DNA of 64,000 nucleotides from an uncultured Chryseobacterium sp. (GTDB lineage Bacteria; Bacteroidota; Bacteroidia; Flavobacteriales_F; PHOS-HE28). Location: assembly GCA_964394425.1 (NCBI GenBank), contig CAYMXP010000004.1:15874-79873 (forward strand), in the 5' to 3' direction. How positions within the stretch are numbered: the first letter of the stretch is position 1; each line of letters opens with the position of its first letter. A program made the translations under genes and the position numbers. A model generated the notes under the pieces. The model was not told the DNA's origin, ran no database searches, and saw nothing but the letters and a program-made list of their open reading frames with translations. Shown piece after piece: positions 52,499 to 61,800 of this stretch.

Positions 52499-53899
52499 TC
52501 CGGACCGGTCCCTCTGATCCTCGTGGCGATCTCCTGCATCGGTCTGCTGGTGCTCTTCACCTGGCTTGCGCGATGCGCCCACCCCATGGCCGATGACTGG
52601 TCCTATGCCTGGCAGGGGATCCACCACGACCTTCTTCCCTGGTTGCGGAGTGAATACCTGCACTGGAACGGCCGCTACTTCTCGAACATCCTCGTGGGCA
52701 GGGGACCGCTGGTCCTGGGCATGGATCATCTGTGGCTCTACCGGCTGATCCCGGTCGCTTTGATCCTCGGGTCATTGCTCAGCGCATGGATGCTCTTGAG
52801 TTCGTTCACGTCCGGCCACCTGAACCCCTCTCGACGGGGGATCGCGGCGCTCATCCTGGTGGCGCTCTTCCTGCACGGCATGCCCGATATCGGCCAGGGG
52901 ATCTATTGGTACACCGGCGCGATCACCTATCAGTTGGGGAACATCCTGCTGTTCACCTATGTCGCGATCCTTGTCCGCCTGCTGCTGAGCGGTGGCGGCA
53001 TGTCCTGGCCCATCGGTGCAGGGATGATCGCGCTGGCGGCGCTGGTGATCGGCAGCAGCGAGGTACACATGGTCCTGATGGTCGCGTTCCACGCGGCATG
53101 GGTGATGGGGCGCGCGCGCTCCGCGGTCCCGTGGCCGAGGGGAACGATCGTGCTCCTGGCGTGCGTCGCGGCGTTCAGCCTCGTGGTGGCGTTCGCCCCG
53201 GGCAACACCGTGCGCGGGTCGAACTTCCCGCTGCGTCACGATCTCCTCAACGCGCTCTGGATGAGCCTGCTACAGACGGGCCGCTTCGGGCTCACCTGGG
53301 CCGGCGATCTCTCGCTGCTGCTGGCCTCGCTGCTCTTCCTTCCGCTGAGCCGTGACCTGTCGCGACGCGTGCCGCTGTTCCAGCGATCGTTCGGCCTCAC
53401 ACCATTCAGGAGCTCGCTGCTCCTCGCGGCGGTCATCTTCCTCTGCGTGTTCCCAGCGTACTGGGCCACGGGCATCCTGGGCCAGCACCGCACGGTGAAC
53501 GTGGCGTATTGGTGTTTCCTGCCGCTGTGGTTCATCAACCTCACCGTATGGGATGCGCATGTGCTCCATGGCCGATGGCGCTTCGATCTGAAGCCGCGCT
53601 GGCGACTGCTCGCGGGGATCGCAATGACCATGCATCTGCACCTTGGAAGGAACGGCGGAGGTGCGTGGCTGGACCTGGTCGACGGGACGGCCGCGCGCTT
53701 CAACGCGCAGATGCAGGCGCGCTACGTCGCATTGACCGCCTCCGATGGACCCGTGCCGCTCGATCCGATCACCGCCGTGCCCCGCACGCTTTACCTGCTG
53801 GAGATCCAGGCCGATCCCACCCACTGGTTGAACCGCGCCTACGGCCTTTACTTCGGACTGGGTGATCGCCCCGTGGTGCCGGCGCCCGCCGTCCACTGA
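52439..53899 (+). CDS. polytopic membrane protein, possible GT-C-type glycosyltransferase (GtrII/DUF6056-like)
   Basis: About 11 hydrophobic segments with an early acidic motif HPMADDWSYAW...WNGRYFSN. Follows a GtrB-like GT2 gene. The annotated ATG lies inside a repeat element, so the true start may be downstream (for example the GTG at VKARSG). Confidence 0.6.
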   Translation: MPARSGFGEDKARRRNVKARSGPVPLILVAISCIGLLVLFTWLARCAHPMADDWSYAWQGIHHDLLPWLRSEYLHWNGRYFSNILVGRGPLVLGMDHLWLYRLIPVALILGSLLSAWMLLSSFTSGHLNPSRRGIAALILVALFLHGMPDIGQGIYWYTGAITYQLGNILLFTYVAILVRLLLSGGGMSWPIGAGMIALAALVIGSSEVHMVLMVAFHAAWVMGRARSAVPWPRGTIVLLACVAAFSLVVAFAPGNTVRGSNFPLRHDLLNALWMSLLQTGRFGLTWAGDLSLLLASLLFLPLSRDLSRRVPLFQRSFGLTPFRSSLLLAAVIFLCVFPAYWATGILGQHRTVNVAYWCFLPLWFINLTVWDAHVLHGRWRFDLKPRWRLLAGIAMTMHLHLGRNGGGAWLDLVDGTAARFNAQMQARYVALTASDGPVPLDPITAVPRTLYLLEIQADPTHWLNRAYGLYFGLGDRPVVPAPAVH

Positions 53900-55320
53900 T
53901 CGCCGGGCCGGGCATGCACGCGGTACCATTCGTTCTCCGCCACCACGGGCCACGGCATGCCCGCCGTCCGTTCGCGCTCACGGATGATCACGACGAAGCG
54001 GCAGCCCAGGGTCGCGAGGGAATCCAGCCGGCGGGGATCATGCAGCAGGCCATCGTCGAGCATCCAGCCTTTGCGATGTGCGAAATACATCGCCATCGGA
54101 GAGGTCGGGTCGTTGATGGCGATCCGTTCCCGCGGATCGACGACCCCGTGGAGCAGCGGTTCCAACGTGAGCGGTGCGCGCTGCGCATCCGTCAGCCGGA
54201 GATCGTGCTGCTGGTTGGCGATGCCCTCGATCATGATCGCGGCCATGAGGACCCATGACCAGCGCAGGGAGGGCATCCCGGCAAGCGCCACGCCGCATAC
54301 CAGCGCCATCATCGGTACGAAGGGCAGCACGTAGTAGGTGTTGCCGCAAAACCCGTCGCCGGCCTTGCACATGAAGAGCAGCATGCCCGCTGCCGAGAGC
54401 AGAAGCACCTGCGGAACACCCGCCGGCTTCTTCCGCCACGTCAGGAACAGTCCGGCCAGGAAGACCAGCATGCCGGAGAAGCGCAGGGCGTGGAACCAGA
54501 AGATCTCCAGTGCCTGCGGCCAGCAGCCGAGCAACCGGATCGCACCGGTGCGCAGGTCCATGCCCATGGAGAAGAGCCGGAAGCCGTTCACCTCCACGAG
54601 GTGGTCGAACCAGTGGCCGTACCACCATGCCACCGGGATCGCCACCACCGGCATCGCCGCGATCAGCGGGATCCGGGCCCGACGATCAGCGCTCGCATCG
54701 AATGCCATCGGTCCCAGCGCGACCAACGGCAACGCCGCGGGGATCTTCGACATCACGCCACCAAGGGCGAGCAGCGCGAAAAGAACGAGGTCCGGAGGCC
54801 TCCGATGATCGAGAAAGCGCGCGGCGAAATGCAGCGAGCAGAGCACCAGCGAGATGGCGAAGACGTCCGGCATCACCTTGCGGGAATAGGAGAACCACAG
54901 GGAGCAGGTCAGCGCCAGTGCCGCGAAAAGCGCGGTACGCTCCCCCAGATACCTGCGCACCAGCGCGTGGAATGCCCAGACACCGAACGTGGACAGGATG
55001 AGGACGATGAGCCGTCCGTGCCAGTGTTCAAAGCCGAACAACAATGCCGTGAGGTAGATCAGCAGGTTGAGCAGCGGGAATTCCGCCCCGACGATACCGG
55101 ATCGCTCCCCGGCGGTGTCCACCCGGGGATGAAGCAGGTCGGGCCCGGTCTCCACGAAGTTCCGGGCGACCATGAGGGTCGCGGTCTGCCGCCAGTTGTG
55201 CGTGGCTTCCAACGGCGGATTGGTGATGCCGTACAGCCGGATCAGGAAGAACGCCACGAGCCAGAAGCGGATGTCGCGCACGTCGAGCCAGCGGCGCATC
55301 GGTCGGGCCGCGGTCTTCAT
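53848..55320 (-). CDS. GT-C glycosyltransferase family 39/83 (ArnT/PMT-like)
   Basis: FWLVAFFLIRLYGITNPPLEATHNWRQTATLMVARNF, followed by more than 10 TM segments. 490 aa. Confidence 0.85.
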   Translation of the reverse strand: MKTAARPMRRWLDVRDIRFWLVAFFLIRLYGITNPPLEATHNWRQTATLMVARNFVETGPDLLHPRVDTAGERSGIVGAEFPLLNLLIYLTALLFGFEHWHGRLIVLILSTFGVWAFHALVRRYLGERTALFAALALTCSLWFSYSRKVMPDVFAISLVLCSLHFAARFLDHRRPPDLVLFALLALGGVMSKIPAALPLVALGPMAFDASADRRARIPLIAAMPVVAIPVAWWYGHWFDHLVEVNGFRLFSMGMDLRTGAIRLLGCWPQALEIFWFHALRFSGMLVFLAGLFLTWRKKPAGVPQVLLLSAAGMLLFMCKAGDGFCGNTYYVLPFVPMMALVCGVALAGMPSLRWSWVLMAAIMIEGIANQQHDLRLTDAQRAPLTLEPLLHGVVDPRERIAINDPTSPMAMYFAHRKGWMLDDGLLHDPRRLDSLATLGCRFVVIIRERERTAGMPWPVVAENEWYRVHARPGDQWTAGAGTTGRSPSPK

Positions 55321-56582
55321 CCCGCCAGGATCGCCTTCGCGTAGTTGCTCCAGCTCATCCCGCGCGTGGCCTCTTCCACGTTCTTCGGTGGGATCGGCCG
55401 CTCGATCATCCGCTCCATCGCGCGGGCCATGTCATGCACGTCGCCCGGCGTGGCGAGGTAGCCGTTCACCCCATCGGTGATCGTCTCGGGGAAGTGGCCC
55501 ACGCGCGTGGCCACGGCCGGCAGCTTGAAATTGTAGCTGAGGCTTTCCACCCCGCTGGGCGTGGCCGTTTCATAGAACAGCACCACCGCATCGCTCGCCT
55601 GGAAGTATTGCGGGACCTCTTCGTTCGGCACGAAGCGGTTCACCAGCATCACGCTGTCGCGGAGGCCGAGCCGGTCGATCAGCTCCAGCGGCCGGTAGTC
55701 GCGCTCGTCGTCGGCCTTCTTCAGGAACAGCCGCTTCATGGTCCCGAACACCGCGGTCTTCAGCCACGTGCCCAGCTTGCGTTCATCCAGCGTGTTCCAG
55801 AACGACTCGCCCACGACCAGCAGGCTCACGTCGTCGCGCTTTTTCGTCAGCTCCGCGAAGGCGCGGATGCACCAGTGCAGACCCTTGTACTTGCGGATGA
55901 ATCCGAAGAAGAGGAAGACGTGCTTGCGAAGCCCATGTGCGCGCTTCCATTCCTCCTTGTCGAACGCCGGATCCGGCTTGAACAGGGAGTAGATGGGGTG
56001 ATAGAGCTTGATGATGGATCGCTGCCCTGAAGCCGATGAGCGAACGCCGGAAGTGGTCAGCACCAGCTCCGATCCAGGCAGCAGCGCCTTCAATTCGTCG
56101 GCGGTCTTGAAGGCGTGCGCGATGAAGGTGTGACCGTGCTTGAGCGCCATGCGCGTCAGGCGGGCATCCAGCGAGCTCTGCTCCTTGGCGGCCACGAAAT
56201 GCAGGTCGAAGAGGACCTCGGCTCCGGTGGACTTGCGCAGGCGCTTCGCGATGTAGCCCAGCGGGATGCCCTGCGTGGGGTTGTACCACTGGATGATCAC
56301 CTTGTCGGGCCTGAGGTCCGCGATCAAGCGCGCGGTCATCGCCCAGGTACCCGGTCGGTTCCAGTTGGTGATGTAGTGAACCGGGATGTCGTAGCCCTCG
56401 AGGAAGCTGTGGCGGCTTGCCTTGTCCACGAACTCGCGCGGGATGATCGCCGGGTATTGCTGCGTCCAGCTCACGATGTGTACCTCGGCGCCTTCATCAT
56501 GCAGCGCGCGGGCGAGCGCGGTGTTGTACTGCGCGATGCCCCCCTTGAAGCGCGGGCCTGGGCCGAAGCAGACGATGCGCAT
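55317..56582 (-). CDS. glycosyltransferase family 4 (GT-B)
   Basis: MRIVCFGPGPRFKGGIAQYNTALARAL at the N-terminus, and C-terminal YETATPSGVESLSYNFKLPAVATRVGHFPE. Start at the internal ATG 56582. Confidence 0.85.
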   Translation of the reverse strand: MRIVCFGPGPRFKGGIAQYNTALARALHDEGAEVHIVSWTQQYPAIIPREFVDKASRHSFLEGYDIPVHYITNWNRPGTWAMTARLIADLRPDKVIIQWYNPTQGIPLGYIAKRLRKSTGAEVLFDLHFVAAKEQSSLDARLTRMALKHGHTFIAHAFKTADELKALLPGSELVLTTSGVRSSASGQRSIIKLYHPIYSLFKPDPAFDKEEWKRAHGLRKHVFLFFGFIRKYKGLHWCIRAFAELTKKRDDVSLLVVGESFWNTLDERKLGTWLKTAVFGTMKRLFLKKADDERDYRPLELIDRLGLRDSVMLVNRFVPNEEVPQYFQASDAVVLFYETATPSGVESLSYNFKLPAVATRVGHFPETITDGVNGYLATPGDVHDMARAMERMIERPIPPKNVEEATRGMSWSNYAKAILAG

Positions 56583-56598
56583 GCGGCTTGGAGTTAAC

Positions 56599-56885
56599 CG
56601 CGACGACGCGACGACGCGACGCATATGTGAGGCCACAAGCCGGCATCGAGCGTTCGCCGATCGCGACGACCATGCCTGCGCGAAGCCGCTTCGGCGAAGG
56701 CAAGGCGCGACGACGGAACGTCTATCTTACGCAACAGGCCGGCATCGAGCGTCCGCCAAGCGCGACGACGCGACGACGCGACGCATATGTGACGCCACAA
56801 GCCGGCATCGAGCGTTCGCCGACCGCGATGATCATGCCTACGCGAAGCCGCTTCGGCAAAGGCAAGGCGCAACGACGCGACGAAC
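56599..56885. repeat. about 1.8 copies of a 162-bp tandem repeat built from three sub-elements
   Basis: CGCGACGACGCGACGACGCGACGCATATGTGA starts at 56599 and again at 56761. Copies are about 94% identical over ~122 nt. Sub-element CAAGCCGGCATCGAGCGTTCGCC occurs a third time at ~56735. Confidence 0.85.
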
Positions 56886-56982
56886 AGGCGATGCGATAGG
56901 CCTGCATGCAGCATGACCCCAGCGCCACGACGTGACGCCGCGGGGGATCCGCGGGGTGAGGGTACCAGCATGGTATCCATCA

Positions 56983-57381
56983 TCACTGGGTCAGGTTGTT
57001 TACCACGCGGCGCATTCCATCCTTGAGCAGGGCACTGTGGAAGTTCAGGATCAGGCCAAGACGGTTCCCGGTCAATTTCAAGTAGGTGATCACCTGTGCC
57101 ATGTGAACGGGATGGAGCTCCTCGACGGCCTTGACCTCAATGATCACCTTGCGCTCCACCCAAAGATCGAGACGATATCCCACGTCGAGTTCAACACCAC
57201 GATAGACGATCGGCAGGGGCACCTGCTTCTCCACGGCCATACCCGAGCAGATCAACTCATGAAAGAGGCACGCCTCGTAGGCACTCTCCAACAGACCCGG
57301 CCCGAAATGCCGGTGCACCTTGAACGCGGCATCAACGATGCCATCCGCGATCTGGTTCTCATGCGATCCTTCCCAGTTCAT
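56983..57381 (-). CDS. GxxExxY family protein (PD-(D/E)XK-like)
   Basis: IVDAAFKVHRHFGPGLLESAYEACLFHEL (G-x-x-E-x-x-Y), DLWVERKVIIEVKA and LILNF. Start at the internal ATG, because the upstream track extension is translated repeat DNA. Confidence 0.8.
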   Translation of the reverse strand: MNWEGSHENQIADGIVDAAFKVHRHFGPGLLESAYEACLFHELICSGMAVEKQVPLPIVYRGVELDVGYRLDLWVERKVIIEVKAVEELHPVHMAQVITYLKLTGNRLGLILNFHSALLKDGMRRVVNNLTQ

Positions 57382-57427
57382 GCGTTGCGCTCCATCTGAT
57401 GAAAACACGTCGCGTCCCGGTCCATTG

Positions 57428-57505
57428 TTCTCTCCGTCCCGTCGCGTCGTCGCGTCGTCGCGGTTCATCTTTCTCTCCGTCCCGTCGCGTCGTCCCGGTT
57501 CATCT
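57428..57505. repeat. two tandem units (43 and 35 nt) carrying the inverted copy of the CGCGACGACGCGACGACGCGAC motif
   Basis: TTCTCTCCGTCCCGTCGCGTCGT(CGCGTCGT)C[GC]CGGTTCATCT occurs twice. 57441-57462 is the exact reverse complement of 56599-56620 and 56761-56782. The second unit overlaps the epimerase stop codon. Confidence 0.8.
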
Positions 57506-58534
57506 TTTCAGCAGGGCTGCATCATACACCCGCCTCATCCCCTCCTCGATCGGGATCTTCGCCTTCCAGCCCAGGTTCTTTTCCACCCACGACATGTCAC
57601 AATAGCGGCTGTGTACGCCCACCGGCTTGTCGAGCAAGGGCTTGATCGTGGGCTTGTACCCGGCGAAGGAGCAGAACAGCTCGATCAGCTCGATGAAGGT
57701 GGTGAGCCGTCCCATGCCGATGTTGATCGCCCGCCCATCGCCGATCCTGTCCATGGCCAACAGGGTGAGGTCCAGCACGTCGTCGATGTGAACGAAGTCT
57801 CTGCCCTGCCGGCCCGTGCCCCATACCTCGAAGGGATCCTCCTTCCGCGCGGCGCGCGCCGCGATCGCCGGCACGGGATAGCTCAGGTCCTGGTCTTCCC
57901 CATACCCGCTGAAGGGCCGGATGCAGGTGACGTGTACGCCGTAGTGCTGCGCGGCGATCTTGGCGAGGAACTCGCCGGTGAGCTTGCTCCAGCCGTAGGT
58001 CATGTCCGGCTCGCCCATCCGCTTGAAGTCGATGTCGGTCTCCTTCAGTTGCAACGTGTTGCTTTCGGTCTGAAGGTCCACGGGATAGGCGGCGCTGCTG
58101 CTGGGATAGAGCAGCCGCCCGGGCTTGTTGCGGCAGCAGTAGAGGAACATCTCCGCGTCGATGCTCAGGTCCTGGGCCACCAGCATGGGATCGCCGTCGA
58201 TCTTGCTGCGGCCGCCCACGATGGCCGCGAAGTGGAAGAGGTCGGCAAAGCCCTCCACGTCCAGGCCGTAAGCCTTGCGGAAATGCGCCGGATCGCGGTT
58301 CAGCTCGCGCAGCACGTCGCGCAGGTCGGCCTTCAGGAAGAAGAGCCGGCCGCCGCCGTAGACCTCCAGGCCCCGCTCCTCCCCTTCCTTCTTCCACGGC
58401 GCCCAGTCCGAGGGGTGCGTGCCCACGCTCAGGTCGTCGATGAAGAGCACGCGGTCGCCCGTGGTGGCGTGCAGTCGCTTGACCATGTTGCGGCCCACGA
58501 AGCCGCATCCGCCGGTGACCAGGTGCGTGCGCAT
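57500..58534 (-). CDS. NAD-dependent epimerase/dehydratase (extended SDR)
   Basis: VTGGCGFVG Rossmann motif and the YGWSK catalytic Y-x-x-x-K. Start placed at ATG 58534 rather than the TTG of the track. Confidence 0.9.
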   Translation of the reverse strand: MRTHLVTGGCGFVGRNMVKRLHATTGDRVLFIDDLSVGTHPSDWAPWKKEGEERGLEVYGGGRLFFLKADLRDVLRELNRDPAHFRKAYGLDVEGFADLFHFAAIVGGRSKIDGDPMLVAQDLSIDAEMFLYCCRNKPGRLLYPSSSAAYPVDLQTESNTLQLKETDIDFKRMGEPDMTYGWSKLTGEFLAKIAAQHYGVHVTCIRPFSGYGEDQDLSYPVPAIAARAARKEDPFEVWGTGRQGRDFVHIDDVLDLTLLAMDRIGDGRAINIGMGRLTTFIELIELFCSFAGYKPTIKPLLDKPVGVHSRYCDMSWVEKNLGWKAKIPIEEGMRRVYDAALLKR

Positions 58535-58618
58535 CGGCGGCAAAGATGGAATTAGCGCGGCAGCTGCGATGGCGTACCTGCGGTTACGCGCTAACCATGC
58601 GCACTCCCGAGATGGGCC

Positions 58619-58756
58619 TCAGGGTCCCGAGGCGGAAACCCAGCGGCGGGAGAGTAGTGCAGGCCATGCATGTGTCATGAGCGCGTTGCGTTCCTCCACC
58701 ATGTCCTTGAAAGTGGAGGAGATAAAGACCCGGATGCGACGGTTCACGGTGGGCAT
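58619..58756 (-). pseudogene. truncated 5' fragment of a second DUF4062-type gene (45 codons)
   Basis: Hand translation gives MPTVNRRIRVFISSTFKDMVEERNALMTHAWPALLSRRWVSASGP*. It shares RVFISSTFKDM..ER..L.....P.L with residues 20-45 of the adjacent 1218-aa protein. Too short to appear in the ORF track. Confidence 0.6.
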
Positions 58757-58853
58757 GATTCACTCCATTTCTCGCACCTTCAATCACCGAATGCCACCTG
58801 GCGTTAGCTACTCAAACAACCCTTGGAACAACCGAGGCCAGGTGACGTACTGT

Positions 58854-61800
58854 TCATGCCCCGCGCAACTGACTCAAAAGTGATGAAAGTCGAGCACGCG
58901 TCTCGGGGTCATGCACTTGGTCGATGATCGTTGCGGCTTCTTTGGCCAACACACCGATCTTGCCAAACTCACTTGATTCAATATTGAAAACAATCGAATT
59001 AAGCAGTGCTCTACCAAGTTGATCCACGTCCTCGCTCTCTCTGGCTGTCGTCACCTGCTCTTCAAAGCATCCACGCGCATCATCCCAACGTTCGAGGAAT
59101 CGTGCAATTAGCCCGCTGGTTCCGAGCACGAATGCCAGCCGGTCCTTCCATTGATGCAGTTCACAGATTTGGCGCGCCCGCGTTGCGAGTCTCCAAGCTT
59201 CCTCCAGTCGATGGCGATCGGGAGACTGCATTGACATTTCCCACAAGAGCGTGGCCTCATTGGAAAGGACAAGCTGCTCGGCTTCGTCATCATGCAATCG
59301 TGAGGCTATTGTTCTCACATCCCGAAGCTTCATAAGCGCCTCTTCCATCCTCCCCATACGCTTCAGGGCACCAGCAAGATCCGACGAAGCGGCGAGCGCT
59401 TCAGCTTGTGCTCCGGCCTGCGTGGCCAGACTTTCAGCCTTCTCGAACTCATTGCATGCCTCATTCAAGCAGTTCTGCCCTAAGAGATCCCTACCGCGCG
59501 CTAACGCTCGTCGGGCCTCTATGGCCGCAGGCACCTCCTCACGCCTACCAAGACTCTGGAGGGCACTTGTGCTAGCATTGAGCTCCTGAGGCGATTGACG
59601 ACCCCTTCGCATCTTCACCTGCCCTTCCAAAGCAGCTCGCATTGCATCCGCCAACCCGATACGGCGCACCTCGTCAAGTATCTCCAACCGCTCATGCTCC
59701 TCGAATCTTGGCAGCAGGGCCGCTTGAACAGTAATACAATGGGCGATTAGGTCGGCTTCACCAAACTCTGCACTTTGCTTCAGGGCCAACTGGCTGCTTT
59801 CATACGCTCGAACCCATTCTTTCAAACGTGAATACGCATGCGCCATTCCGGCAACGGCAATAATCCTGCTTCGTACCAAGTCATACTTCGTTGCGACTTG
59901 CCCGGCCTCGGTAAAGTAATTCAGTGCCGTTTGCGGATCACCATGCCTCACCTGCAAACTTCCTTGGTTGTTGAGGCACTTTGCCACTCCTTCCCAATCC
60001 TCCATCTCCCTCGCTATCCCTTCTTCCTCAATATGAACTCTGTTGGCGTCCTCAACGCGCCCAAGCTGTGTAAGAATCCCAGCACAATTCGTTAGTGCGG
60101 CTCTGAGGTGGCGCCGGTTTCCGGTGCTTCTTGAGATCTTCGCGGCGTGTTGCGCGCAATCCAACGCTTTCTCGTGATTCCGATCAGCCATCCAGTACGC
60201 CACTTCTGAAAGAAGGCTTGATGCAGTTCCCTCTTGGTCCCCGTGCCGCTCACTGATCTTTCGCGCCCGCTGAATCAGGTCCAGCGCGGTTCCCCTGTGA
60301 CCAAGCCTAATATGAATGTCTGCCAATTGCTTGAACAAATGAGCATTGCCCGGAAAGTCCTCTTTCCCCTCCAATCGACGGATCAATTCGTCGGTAGCTA
60401 TGCGAGCAGCCTCCATATCGCCCAGATACCAACTCAATGACCCAATAGCGCCCAGAACCGGCAGATCGAGTGTGCTTGGTCTCTGTAAAAGTTGATGACA
60501 TGCGTCCTGCGGACTCATACCCGTGTGTTGTTGAATCTCCACCCACATCCGCCGGAGTGACGCTTCGTCAGAAAGTCCCAATCCACCGAAGTAAACAGGG
60601 CTTGACAGCAGTTCCTTCAATCGACTCCACTGCGCTGAGCCCTCCAAGTGCCAAGGAAGCTCTTCGATACTTCGTGCTTTCCCGATATGTATTTCGAAAT
60701 AATCAGCGAGGGAGGTATGTACGCCAATCTGCTCCTCTGGCTTGGACATGTAGCGAGCACGCACTGCTTCGAAAAATGCCGCGTGCGCAAAGCACAACAC
60801 CCCCGAATGATCAATCAAAACCCGCCCGAGAGCACATCGAATTGGCGCCCAGAGCGCAGCCGGAAGGCGCCTGGAACCAGTGCCCAGAACGTCCAACAAC
60901 TCCAGTTCTGAAAGACCGCGCCGAGCCGTGCCAAGGAAGCTCATTGAGTCCATTACCAGTCCAGGCCGGTCCCGCTCGTAGTCGCGCTCAAATCGCGACA
61001 GCATGAGCTGGAACAATTCTGACATCGAATTCGCCCGGAGGTAGTTTGACAGGCTGACGTCCAGAAGTTCTGGTTGCCCGAGGATCCGGATCTGGTCGAG
61101 TACAGTGCGCAGGTAAAGCGGGTTGGCGGTCGCAGCGCATGCGACTATCCGTTCGACACGTACGGGTTCCAACTCCTTCCGAAATCCTGAAAGGTATCGG
61201 CGGGTCACTTCGCTTCGCTCCGTCGCATCGAGGGGTGCGATGGACAAAACCGGCCAACCACGCCTCACGAGCGCGGCATGCACTCGGCCAGGCCCCGTAG
61301 CTACTATGACCCGCACTCCATCGGGAAATGTTTGAGGAAGCCACCGCAGGTCGTGGTCATCGGGGTTGTCCAGCTTATCGCAACCATCAAGGACGATGAG
61401 GATCCGCCCATTTGCTGCTCGCGTGACAGCCATGCCAAGAAACACCCTAAGTATGGCAGACCGATCCTCAATGTCACCGCCGAAATATCCTCCGCCGAAA
61501 CTGGAGCCCAGTTGATCGATCAGGCGAGCCAACAGCGCGGAAGCATTCGAACTAGTTGATGATGCGCCTACAACGTGGAAAACTGCGATCAGGTCCTGGT
61601 GAACTTGTTTGTAACGCAGAAACCAATTCGCAAGCAATGCCGATTTCCCTGACCCTGACGCGCCAGTTATCACGAGCGGTAAATCGTTCCCAGTCATGTG
61701 AGCGTCCAGGCGCTCTCCGTATTCCTCGCGCCCCACGTATGCGCCTTGACGTGCGCCATTCCCTACTTCAATCTCAGCAAGTTCCCAGGCGGCAGCTTCG

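Noticed and set aside
56588-56986. ORFs of 103-130 aa (56588-56899 plus strand, 56594-56986 and 56722-56928 minus strand) with repeated TTRRRDAYV / AGIERSP peptides.
   Set aside because: They coincide with the 162-bp tandem DNA repeat, are open in several frames and on both strands, and have no protein-like features.
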